From: a virus
Direction: 5' to 3' (one strand)
Virus record (IMG/VR): IMGVR_UViG_3300030102_001905
Span: 1 to 64,000 of that record
Length of the DNA stretch: 64,000 bases
Shown here one piece after another: positions 29,450 to 37,281 of the stretch (within the stretch, counting starts at the first letter, position 1; each line of letters starts with the position of its first letter). The position numbers and the translations under genes are program-made. The notes beneath the pieces were generated by a model. That model was given only the letters and a program-made list of their open reading frames with translations, searched no databases and was not told the origin of the DNA.

Positions 29450-29474
29450 TTAGATTAATTATTAAACTTTAAAT

Positions 29475-30719
29475 ATGAAAAACTATTTAAGTCTGTTGGT
29501 ACTTATACTTTTATTGTGCATACCAAACTTTTCTTATGGACAGGGAGATAAGGGTAAATTTTTCAAAGCACTATATAAAGATTTCTTACAATATGGAACT
29601 ATCTATGGTGCAGGAGATGCACGAAGTTCATATGAATCAAGCAGACAAGACTTTTTTGTAGAGAGACCAGCAGATGGTGATCTTTATGGTATTCCAAGAG
29701 TAATTAATGTAACAGAATACTATGACTTTGATTATAGAATTGGATTGGGAATCAGAAAACTAGCTAGGTTTGACTATGAAAGAAAGCCTAGAAACTGGTA
29801 TGATGGAACAGAGCAACAATTAGCATTTACTGCACCTAGCTCAGCACTAGCGGGATTAGAATATCAATTTCATTTTGAAAAAGAAAGACTACGTGGAGAG
29901 GACTTTGAGAATCATAGATACTTTATTAAGCATACAGGTAAACATCATATTGTTAAAGCTGAGTCAAGAGAAGTTGGTAGTATAAACTTAAACTATAAAT
30001 CAGCAGAAGTAAGACTAAGACTTCCAATAGGTAAAAAGTTTAGCATATCTGCGGGTACAATCTTCCGTACTCATGAACGTGCTTATGGGTATAACCCAAT
30101 TGAAATTTGGTTAAATGAAACTGAAGAATGGACTAATCCTCAGACAGGGGAAGTAATTGAATATCCAGCTAATCCTTGGTACTCTTTAGGATATGAATAT
30201 GGATATTATGATGTAGCCTATGAGTCAACAAGTATTAATCCTAATACAGGAGAAGAAGTAGAAAACTTTGATTGGTATTGGTATAATCCACAAGATCAAA
30301 TAGTAGCATACTCTGATCTACAGTTTAGAAATACTGTGTTTAGAGATTTAATTAATAGATATAATAATGAACAATGGGATCTTATTGATCCGTTTGGTGA
30401 GATTGCTCCTATTGTTGGATTTGATTTCTATCATTATAAAAATAATTTCTGGTTGCATGCTTATGCTAATTACATACTTCCATATCATAAATATATTATG
30501 GGAGATGAAGACTTTAGTTATTTAAATAGAAATAACTGGGGTAAAGGAGGTTTAAAAAAAGATTCAGAACCAGAACAATGGGATGATTATAATCTAGGTG
30601 TAAATTTTGGCTGGAGACTCAGCAAAAACTTTGGATTATATATAGAAGGTGAATATGGTAAATTTTGGGATAGTGAGCTATTTCAAAGCAGTGTAGGAGT
30701 AAATTATACATTTAGATAA
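29475..30719 (+). CDS. Secreted outer-membrane beta-barrel-like protein (414 aa)
   Basis: N-terminal signal peptide (LLVLILLLCIPNFSYG/QG). The protein is rich in aromatic/Gly alternating strands. Its C-terminus ...GLYIEGEYGKFWDSELFQSSVGVNYTFR resembles an OMP terminal beta-strand signature. Confidence 0.5.
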   Translation: MKNYLSLLVLILLLCIPNFSYGQGDKGKFFKALYKDFLQYGTIYGAGDARSSYESSRQDFFVERPADGDLYGIPRVINVTEYYDFDYRIGLGIRKLARFDYERKPRNWYDGTEQQLAFTAPSSALAGLEYQFHFEKERLRGEDFENHRYFIKHTGKHHIVKAESREVGSINLNYKSAEVRLRLPIGKKFSISAGTIFRTHERAYGYNPIEIWLNETEEWTNPQTGEVIEYPANPWYSLGYEYGYYDVAYESTSINPNTGEEVENFDWYWYNPQDQIVAYSDLQFRNTVFRDLINRYNNEQWDLIDPFGEIAPIVGFDFYHYKNNFWLHAYANYILPYHKYIMGDEDFSYLNRNNWGKGGLKKDSEPEQWDDYNLGVNFGWRLSKNFGLYIEGEYGKFWDSELFQSSVGVNYTFR

Positions 30720-30720
30720 A

Positions 30721-31281
30721 ATGAAAAAATTATTATTACTTATATCTATTTTCTTTTTATTGGGTTGTGAAAAAGAAGAAGAGGTTGTATTAGAACAAGT
30801 GTTTGAAATAACTTTAAATGGTGAAACATTTGACCCATATGAAAGATATGCTAAAGTAAATTCATTTGCGGGAAGTAAATATGTAGATGGATTTCTTAAG
30901 AAGATATTTATATTGTATCTACAAATAGATGATGGTGAAATTAGATTAGATAGACAACACTTTGCATTATATTGTTTAGACTCAGATGCAAATGATGATG
31001 GAGAACTATTAGATATTGGAACTTATACCTGGGAAAACCCAGACAATAAATATGCTGGTGTTGAAATACCGGGAGATCAAGAGTATGTAGTTTGGAATGA
31101 AGTAATAGTACAAGATGCAGGTCAATTAGGAGGACCACATACAGGCTTAATCTGTTTAACTGCTGAAGGTGCGTTTTATAATCCTTACATACAAGATACA
31201 ATGACTGTATCTATGAGACTAGAAAACTTTCCAATTGGGCAAGACATTGAATCAACTCCATATGGATACTTATTAAATTAA
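30721..31281 (+). CDS. Lipoprotein (186 aa), possibly surface-exposed
   Basis: Signal peptide with lipobox LLG-C (MKKLLLLISIFFLLGC). The residues after the Cys are acidic (CEKEEEV), like the Bacteroidota lipoprotein export signal. The ATG lies 1 nt after the previous stop. Confidence 0.65.
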   Translation: MKKLLLLISIFFLLGCEKEEEVVLEQVFEITLNGETFDPYERYAKVNSFAGSKYVDGFLKKIFILYLQIDDGEIRLDRQHFALYCLDSDANDDGELLDIGTYTWENPDNKYAGVEIPGDQEYVVWNEVIVQDAGQLGGPHTGLICLTAEGAFYNPYIQDTMTVSMRLENFPIGQDIESTPYGYLLN

Positions 31282-31298
31282 AAACTAAATAATTAAAA

Positions 31299-31589
31299 AT
31301 GGCACAGAACGCACCTCAGATTGGAGAACAAACTAAAGTTACTTTAGATCTAAAAACAATAGGTATGATTATAGGTTTTACAATAACCTTAGCTACTATG
31401 TGGTTTACTCTAAAAGCAGATATAGCACTAGCAATGGAAAAACCAGAACCACCTATTGATAGAGTAGAGTATGATCTTAAAGATGAACTAATTAGGGAAA
31501 CAATTATGAACACTCAAGAAGACGTTGAAGAAATAAAGGGTACATTAGAGAAGGTAGAGCAACGTCTTTATGAATTGAGTACTAAATAA
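31299..31589 (+). CDS. Small bitopic membrane protein with a C-terminal coiled coil (96 aa), spanin-like architecture
   Basis: One TM helix (IGMIIGFTITLATMWFTL) is followed by a charged heptad-like tail (EDVEEIKGTLEKVEQRLYEL). Confidence 0.5.
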   Translation: MAQNAPQIGEQTKVTLDLKTIGMIIGFTITLATMWFTLKADIALAMEKPEPPIDRVEYDLKDELIRETIMNTQEDVEEIKGTLEKVEQRLYELSTK

Positions 31590-31594
31590 AAGAC

Positions 31595-31993
31595 ATGAAA
31601 AAAGTACTACTAATACTATTATTACTAGTAGGTACAACTGCATCAGCCCAAGATTGGGTAACAGATGATGGATTTGATAGTGCAATCTCAGGTAAAAGTG
31701 CATTTGGAGAAGACCAAGACATTATAGTTATAGAGTTTTATGCAGAGTTTAATAAGGACAATGCATTTGCAGATTGGAATAAACTTGAAGGAGTTAAATA
31801 TTATAGGTGTGATATTGCTAAATCACCTGGAGCTAAGAAAAAATATAAAGTAAGAATGGCTCCTACTATTATTGTATTCAAAGAAGGATTCAAAGAATTC
31901 ACTTACAAAGCTGGTCTTGATCTAGAGTGTCCAGTAACATTAGAAGAGCTACAATCAGATATAGAAGAACTATCTAAAGCTAGCCAGTTTTAA
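31595..31993 (+). CDS. Secreted thioredoxin-fold protein lacking the CxxC active site (132 aa)
   Basis: Signal peptide MKKVLLILLLLVGTTASA/Q. IIVIEFYAEFNKDNAF...YKVRMAPTIIVFKEG aligns with TrxA ILVDFWAEWCGPCKMI...YGIRGIPTLLLFKNG. WCGPC is replaced by FNKDN, while the cis-Pro (APT) is retained. Confidence 0.65.
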   Translation: MKKVLLILLLLVGTTASAQDWVTDDGFDSAISGKSAFGEDQDIIVIEFYAEFNKDNAFADWNKLEGVKYYRCDIAKSPGAKKKYKVRMAPTIIVFKEGFKEFTYKAGLDLECPVTLEELQSDIEELSKASQF

Positions 31994-31998
31994 TAATC

Positions 31999-32409
31999 AT
32001 GGAAAAGTACATATACAAAGCTAAGTTGGTCAGAGTTGTTGACGGTGATACTGTTGACGCTATGATAGATTTAGGTTTTGATACTTGGATAAAGAAAAGA
32101 ATTAGATTTCACGGAGTAGATACTTGGGAGTGTAGGACGAAGAACTTAGAAGAGAAGAAGAAAGGCTTAGCAGCAAAGGCACGAACTAAAGAATTACTAT
32201 CAGATGTATCAGAAAAGAAGATGTTCTTCCGAATTAGATCTTATGGCACAGGTAAATATGGTAGAGTGCTAGCAGAGATCTTTATACTGAATGATCAGGG
32301 TATAGAGATAGACGTGTGTAAAACTTTAATAGAGGAAGGACATGCATATGTATACCACGGGGGTAAGAAACAAACGCTTGTCCCTCCTAATAGAGCAGCA
32401 GGTCTTTAA
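31999..32409 (+). CDS. Staphylococcal nuclease (SNase/thermonuclease)-like nuclease (136 aa)
   Basis: VRVVDGDTVDA...IRFHGVDTWE...GKYGRVLAEI...EEGHAY matches SNase motifs (DGDT, RL.GIDAPE, D.YGR.LA). No signal peptide. The 3' end overlaps the nrdA 3' end by 4 nt (convergent). Confidence 0.7.
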   Translation: MEKYIYKAKLVRVVDGDTVDAMIDLGFDTWIKKRIRFHGVDTWECRTKNLEEKKKGLAAKARTKELLSDVSEKKMFFRIRSYGTGKYGRVLAEIFILNDQGIEIDVCKTLIEEGHAYVYHGGKKQTLVPPNRAAGL

Positions 32410-34031
32410 CCTTCACAACTTGCACAATCCAATATATTTCTAGAGAATGCTTGAGCTGAGCTTTGACTGAATTGATAGTACAAAGTTTTTACACCTTCTT
32501 CATAAGCATATATATAAAGAGCATTTATATCTTTTGCTGGTACTGATGGATGTATCATCAAGTTTAGTGACTGTGACTGATCAATATACTTCTGTCTTTG
32601 TGCCGCCTGAAGAACTAACTCTTTTGGTGTTATTTCTACAAATGACTTAAACACTGCTTTAGTTGGAAAGTCTAGATGCTGTACAGATCCATCTTTCTTT
32701 AATATACTATCCCAGGTCTTCTTGTTATTTAAACCATACTTTTCTAACTCACATTCTAAAAATGGATTCTTGTATATAGTTTTAGACTTTGCAAGATCCT
32801 TGATAAAGTAATTAGACTTGATTGGTTCAATACCCATTGACACAGCACCATGTATAAATGAACTAGATTTAGTAGGTGCTATAGCCATCAGTGTGGTGTT
32901 TGCAAAACCTTCACGTAAGGATCTATAACCTCTGTGTTCATATAACCATCTAGATGCAGCATCTGATGTTTCTTTTAGGTGTTTAAATATATGATTGTTT
33001 AACTGCTTAGCCGCAAGAGATTCAAACTCAATTAGCTTTGACTGAAACAAACTATGATATCCTAACACTCCTAAACCAATTGCTCTATGATCCTTTGCAA
33101 AGTTATAAGCTCTTTTAAGGCCTGCTTTTACTTCAGCCTTCTTAATGAATTCATCCATAACAGCATTAAGGAAGAATACATAAGTTTCTATTGCATCAGT
33201 CTTTATAATATCATCCCAGTGTAATAGGTTGATAGAACCAAGACAACAAACAAAAGAGTTATAAGTATCTGTAGGCAATTGAATCTCAGAGCATAAATTA
33301 GATGCAGTGATCTCCATACCTATTTCTTTATAAGGACTATTGTCATTAGAGTTATCTTTAAACATTATATATGGAAATCCAAACTCACTTCTTCTTTGAA
33401 TAACTTTGGCCCATATCTTACGTTTATCTTTATCTCCAGACCTCATCTGCTCCATCCAGTTATTAGTTACGGTAACACCATACTGCAAGTTTTGTATTGG
33501 GTTTCCCTCAGTACCAATATCTAAGAACTCCATGATATCTGGGTGCTCTAAAGGTAAGTATGCAGCACAAGCACCACGTCTAGCTTCAGATTGTTTACAC
33601 ACATCAACAACTGTATCATATATTCTGGCATAGTGTACAGGTCCATCTGCATGTCCTCCTGTTGATATTACAGATCCTCTAGGTCTTATATTACCTAAGT
33701 AGCAACTAGTACCACCGCCATACTTAGACATCATACCAATCTCACGCCCAGCATTTAATATGCTATCTAAGTTATCATCTATATTTGATCCGTAACAACT
33801 GATAGGTAAACCTTTTTGTTTACCAAAGTTTATCCAAACAGGTGTAGATAAACTATAGAAACCTCTAGACATGTAGTCTTCAAACTTTTGTGCAAAGCCC
33901 GGCATGTGTAAATACTTCTCTGCAGTATTTGCTATGTCTTTTATTCTTTGTTCTGGTTCCTCTGATATATATCCTCTTGATAAAAATTTACGGCTATCTT
34001 CATTTAGCCAATAGTATTTACTATATTCCAT
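32406..34031 (-). CDS. nrdA: Ribonucleotide reductase class I alpha subunit, short form without ATP-cone (541 aa)
   Basis: Active-site NLCSEIQLP, an APTKSSS loop, and a C-terminal redox-shuttle Cys pair (DCASCEG). It is paired with a ferritin-like beta subunit immediately downstream. Confidence 0.85.
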   Translation of the reverse strand: MEYSKYYWLNEDSRKFLSRGYISEEPEQRIKDIANTAEKYLHMPGFAQKFEDYMSRGFYSLSTPVWINFGKQKGLPISCYGSNIDDNLDSILNAGREIGMMSKYGGGTSCYLGNIRPRGSVISTGGHADGPVHYARIYDTVVDVCKQSEARRGACAAYLPLEHPDIMEFLDIGTEGNPIQNLQYGVTVTNNWMEQMRSGDKDKRKIWAKVIQRRSEFGFPYIMFKDNSNDNSPYKEIGMEITASNLCSEIQLPTDTYNSFVCCLGSINLLHWDDIIKTDAIETYVFFLNAVMDEFIKKAEVKAGLKRAYNFAKDHRAIGLGVLGYHSLFQSKLIEFESLAAKQLNNHIFKHLKETSDAASRWLYEHRGYRSLREGFANTTLMAIAPTKSSSFIHGAVSMGIEPIKSNYFIKDLAKSKTIYKNPFLECELEKYGLNNKKTWDSILKKDGSVQHLDFPTKAVFKSFVEITPKELVLQAAQRQKYIDQSQSLNLMIHPSVPAKDINALYIYAYEEGVKTLYYQFSQSSAQAFSRNILDCASCEG

Positions 34032-34042
34032 TTATTTTGGTT

Positions 34043-35023
34043 TTAAAATAAGTCATCAACTGTGATGCTTTTACTCTTTTTATTATAATCTACAGACTTC
34101 TTATAAAAGAAATCTCCTTCTTTGGTAGATGTAATTTCAACATCAAACCATTCAGTTACTTTTAATGCTTCACTATCCACATCAAAGATGGGAGACATTC
34201 CAATCTTTACAAGTGAATTATTAAATCTATTCTTGATAAAATTGTAAATAGTATACTTTGGTAAGAATGGTAGTTCACCACTCTCAAATATCCAATCAAG
34301 AATACCACATTCAGCACTGTAAGCCTTCCTACATGCAGAATATACTAACTCCTCAAAATCTTCATCAAACCACTCTGGGTTCTCTTTCTTAATTATATTG
34401 ATGAGCTCAGCACCAAAGTTACCATGTATCTCTTCTTCTTTACTAGTAGCTTCAACTACATTAGAGATACCCTTAAGTACATTCTTTTCTTTGTTAAAAC
34501 TCATCATGATTAAGAACTGACTAAACAAACTAACATGTTCTATGAAGAGTGAGAACAATAAAACAGATTTAGTGTACATTTTATTGTCTCTAGATCTTGT
34601 ACCGTCTAAGTACTTTTTTAAATACTTAATTCTATTTGCAATAGCTGGTACTTCAACTACATTCTCAAATTCTTTTTCTAGCCCAAGAATCCTAAGTAGT
34701 CTTGCATATGCATCTTTGTGTCTTACTTCTGACTCAGCAAAAGTAAAACCTACATCACCAATTTCTGTGATAGGCATGCGTTTATATAGATCACCCCAGA
34801 AAGTTTTTACATTAACTTCAATCTGTGCAATTGCTAACATTGTTTTCTTAATAACATCTTTCTCCCCAGGAGTAATATGAATCTTAAAATCTTGTACGTC
34901 TTCTGTAAAATTAAATTCTGTATCTATCCAATAAGAGTGTCTTATTGCATCTTTATATTCTAATAATTGTGGGTATTCATAAGGCAGAATATTTACTCTG
35001 GGTTTAAAAATGTTTTTGTTCAT
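34043..35023 (-). CDS. nrdB: Ribonucleotide reductase class I beta (radical-generating) subunit (326 aa)
   Basis: Di-metal ligand motifs ESEVRHKDAY (E-x2-H-x3-Y), FIEHVSLF and EEEIHGNFG (E-x2-H). The candidate first ligand lies in IAQIEVNV (Glu rather than Asp). Confidence 0.85.
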   Translation of the reverse strand: MNKNIFKPRVNILPYEYPQLLEYKDAIRHSYWIDTEFNFTEDVQDFKIHITPGEKDVIKKTMLAIAQIEVNVKTFWGDLYKRMPITEIGDVGFTFAESEVRHKDAYARLLRILGLEKEFENVVEVPAIANRIKYLKKYLDGTRSRDNKMYTKSVLLFSLFIEHVSLFSQFLIMMSFNKEKNVLKGISNVVEATSKEEEIHGNFGAELINIIKKENPEWFDEDFEELVYSACRKAYSAECGILDWIFESGELPFLPKYTIYNFIKNRFNNSLVKIGMSPIFDVDSEALKVTEWFDVEITSTKEGDFFYKKSVDYNKKSKSITVDDLF

Positions 35024-35127
35024 AATAATCTATTTACGGTTATAGGATAAAATAGCCGCACCCTCTCTGATGAAAGTGCAGCTGTCAAGTAATTATAATG
35101 TAAGAAAAATTAAGGAGACATAAAAGC

Positions 35128-35316
35128 CTAATTAATTAAATTTACATAAGAGATAGTAAAAAATATAAATCCTAATTCAAAGCCAACTACATGATGATAT
35201 TGTTTATCATCACACAAGACTTCACAATTAATAATTTTGACACCTATCAAAGTTTCAGTTGGTAAAATTTCCAAACTAAATTTATGCTTAAATGTCATAG
35301 GATTAGGTTGTTCCAT
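35128..35316 (-). CDS. Hypothetical small protein (62 aa)
   Basis: Track ORF upstream of nrdB on the same strand. No motif. Coding status uncertain. Confidence 0.3.
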   Translation of the reverse strand: MEQPNPMTFKHKFSLEILPTETLIGVKIINCEVLCDDKQYHHVVGFELGFIFFTISYVNLIN

Positions 35317-35354
35317 ATATTCAATTCTTAAGGTTAAACTTCACATAATTTTTG

Positions 35355-35370
35355 TATATTATGTATATAG
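35355..35370 (+). promoter_or_regulatory. Motif copy TATATTAT-GT-ATATAG preceded by TTTG
   Basis: TTTGTATATTATGTATATAG lies at 35351-35370 in the divergent intergenic region 35317-35477. It is 18/20 identical to the copy 87 nt downstream. Confidence 0.35.
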
Positions 35371-35441
35371 CGTATCTGCCTCAGCCACACAAATATAGCA
35401 TTTATATGCCGTATTCTGTTGCTAAAGTGATACAAAATTTG

Positions 35442-35457
35442 TATATTATTCATATAG
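35442..35457 (+). promoter_or_regulatory. Motif copy TATATTAT-TC-ATATAG preceded by TTTG
   Basis: TTTGTATATTATTCATATAG lies at 35438-35457, ending 20 nt before the ATG at 35478. Confidence 0.35.
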
Positions 35458-35477
35458 TACTATTAAAATACTTTATT

Positions 35478-35726
35478 ATGTTTAAAAAATTTGTAAATAT
35501 TATTTGGACCTATAGCCCACAAGACTATTGGGTAGGCTTATGGTCTAAAACTTCTATTGATGAGAAAGCAGTGAAGACACTGAAAGAAATCAAGAAGAGA
35601 TATAAACTTACTGCAGCTGAGTTAGCAGATGTTGGTAAGGCTATAAAACAAGTTGGTAATCAACTTGGTGATATTGATGATGCTTTAAAAGGCAAAGCAA
35701 GAAAAGGCAGAAAGAAAAATGGCTAG
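35478..35726 (+). CDS. Hypothetical protein (82 aa from the ATG; the track ORF starts at a TTG at 35352)
   Basis: The first ATG with a clean downstream protein (MFKKFVNIIWTYSPQDYW...) is at 35478 (Met43 of the track ORF). The upstream part is low-complexity and overlaps the repeated intergenic motifs. Confidence 0.55.
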   Translation: MFKKFVNIIWTYSPQDYWVGLWSKTSIDEKAVKTLKEIKKRYKLTAAELADVGKAIKQVGNQLGDIDDALKGKARKGRKKNG

Positions 35727-35853
35727 ATACGTAGTAAAAGCATATGAGAAGCCTCCTAAGAAAAAAAGGCCAGGTGTTCATGCTAAAACTAAGACCAGTA
35801 AGGGGAAAGGAAGTAAAAATTATATTAAACCATATAGAGGTCAAGGAAGATGA
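35719..35853 (+). CDS. Very basic miniprotein (44 aa, MARYVVKAYEKPPKKKRPGVHAKTKTSKGKGSKNYIKPYRGQGR)
   Basis: Hand-translated ORF below the track cutoff. Its ATG overlaps the end of the previous ORF, and its stop overlaps the next ATG (ATGA at 35850-35853). Confidence 0.45.
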   Translation: MARYVVKAYEKPPKKKRPGVHAKTKTSKGKGSKNYIKPYRGQGR

Positions 35854-35954
35854 GAAACATATGTGTACTAATAAAATGGTTAACTTTTGGTAAAGTCTGT
35901 TTAGGGTGGTGCCGTGAGGGTGTGTGCTCTAAAAAAGACTCTAAGCAAAAGTAA
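35850..35954 (+). CDS. Cys-rich miniprotein (34 aa, MRNICVLIKWLTFGKVCLGWCREGVCSKKDSKQK)
   Basis: Hand-translated. Translationally coupled with the preceding mini-ORF. Confidence 0.3.
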   Translation: MRNICVLIKWLTFGKVCLGWCREGVCSKKDSKQK

Positions 35955-35956
35955 CT

Positions 35957-36100
35957 ATGGATTGGCATTTAGAAATAGCATTCCATTGGCCGCATGATAG
36001 ATTGGCTTTGGGATGGGAGTGTATCAAACCAGATGAAGAGAATAATTATTATACCTTCAAGCTGTATTTGTTATTTATAACATTAACGTTAGATATCTAA
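35957..36100 (+). CDS. Hypothetical miniprotein (47 aa, MDWHLEIAFHWPHDRLALGWECIKPDEENNYYTFKLYLLFITLTLDI)
   Basis: Hand-translated. Starts 2 nt after the previous stop. Confidence 0.35.
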   Translation: MDWHLEIAFHWPHDRLALGWECIKPDEENNYYTFKLYLLFITLTLDI

Positions 36101-36103
36101 GAG

Positions 36104-36277
36104 ATGAAATATAAGAAGTTACCAAAGCAAAAAATGAGTAGGCAAAAGTTTAAATTACTTTTAGGCAAGGGCGGTGAGCTTGATGAGATAATGGAAAAGT
36201 CTATGTTAGAAAAATATAATAAGGGTGGTAAGAAAGCTAAGTTAGGTGGAGGTACCCATAATACATACAGTGGATAA
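36104..36277 (+). CDS. Lys-rich miniprotein (57 aa, MKYKKLPKQKMSRQKFKLLLGKGG...KGGKKAKLGGGTHNTYSG)
   Basis: Hand-translated. Its stop overlaps the ATG of the fibre-like gene (TAATG at 36275-36279). Confidence 0.45.
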   Translation: MKYKKLPKQKMSRQKFKLLLGKGGELDEIMEKSMLEKYNKGGKKAKLGGGTHNTYSG

Positions 36278-37281
36278 TGAATATTTTAACTGACGTATTA
36301 AGTTTAATAAGAAGAAGCCAGTTTGTCAAGAAGGCAGAACTGAATGATGTTCTTGTTCTAGGTACTAATGAGGAACCAGAAATGACAGGTGTTGCCTCAC
36401 CAATACCTTATAAAAGTATTAAGATCATAAAAGTAAGGGATCTTAAGGTTGCTGCAGAACACTGTGCTCACGCAAATTCTCCAGCTACTCCAGCTGCTGG
36501 CACTGGTCAAGTATATCAGAAAACAGTATCTGATGAAGTTCTTGAGACATGTACTGTATTTTACAGATCTCTGAAGTCTCTGAGCAGCAACCTCACCCTT
36601 GCTACATCTGCTGATGATGATTATATAGAGATAACCACATCAGGAGAGCCAAACACTGCTGCTAATGTTGGTAGTGGATTTGGTATTTGGAAAGATAAAG
36701 TTGGTGAAACATTAAACTTTAGATCTCTAGTAGGAGGTTCTAATGTTAATATTAGCCAAAGTGGTAATGAAATTACCATAAGTGCAACAGGCGGTGGTAG
36801 TGGAGAAGCTAATACTGCAAGTAATGTTGGTCATGGTGGTGGCTTCTTTAAGCAGAAGACAGGAGTTGATTTAGAATTTAGAAGTCTAACTTCACCTGAT
36901 AATACTTTAAGTATTGCACAGAATAGTAATACTGTTGACATAACATTGCCATATGTATATGCTGAGATGTTGATAGAGCAAACTGGTAGTTCAGCTCCAA
37001 CAGCTAATATACTGCATAATTCAACAGGTAAAACATTTTCTTTTGCCCGTACAAATGCAGGAATGTATGATTTAACATATAGTTCAGCTGTTGCTGACGC
37101 AGACAAAGTAGTCATAAATATAGGTATGGCATTTAAAAACAGATATGCATATGCACATGTTTATGATGCAGCTAATGATGGATTTAAAATTAGTTCAATG
37201 ACGCATTCACCTAGTGGAGGGTCAACTTTGGCAGATGATTTATTATATAGAACACCATTAACAATAAAAATATATCCGTAA
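36277..37281 (+). CDS. Tail fibre / receptor-binding-like protein with two ~53-aa repeats (334 aa)
   Basis: The repeats are ANVGSGFGIWKDKVGETLNFRSLVGGSNVNISQSGNEITISA (nt ~36661-36790) and SNVGHGGGFFKQKTGVDLEFRSLTSPDNTLSIAQNSNTVDITL (nt ~36820-36950). This is an NVG.G..[WF]K.K.G..L.FRSL pattern that I recall from phage fibre proteins. Confidence 0.55.
   Translation: MNILTDVLSLIRRSQFVKKAELNDVLVLGTNEEPEMTGVASPIPYKSIKIIKVRDLKVAAEHCAHANSPATPAAGTGQVYQKTVSDEVLETCTVFYRSLKSLSSNLTLATSADDDYIEITTSGEPNTAANVGSGFGIWKDKVGETLNFRSLVGGSNVNISQSGNEITISATGGGSGEANTASNVGHGGGFFKQKTGVDLEFRSLTSPDNTLSIAQNSNTVDITLPYVYAEMLIEQTGSSAPTANILHNSTGKTFSFARTNAGMYDLTYSSAVADADKVVINIGMAFKNRYAYAHVYDAANDGFKISSMTHSPSGGSTLADDLLYRTPLTIKIYP

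Noticed and set aside
33406-34880. Antisense ORFs inside nrdA (33406-33633) and nrdB (34542-34880).
   Set aside because: They are embedded in genes with unambiguous RNR motifs on the other strand.
35055-35083. Hairpin GCCGCAC-N15-GTGCAGC upstream of nrdB, considered as an NrdR box, attenuator or terminator.
   Set aside because: The stem is only 7 bp with one mismatch, and the loop is large. There is no NrdR-type palindrome or convincing U-tract.
35352-35477. The TTG-initiated N-terminal 42 codons of track ORF 35352-35726 (MYIMYIAYLPQPHKYSIYMPYSV...).
   Set aside because: The translation is low-complexity and overlaps the two repeated intergenic motifs. A clean ATG start exists at 35478.
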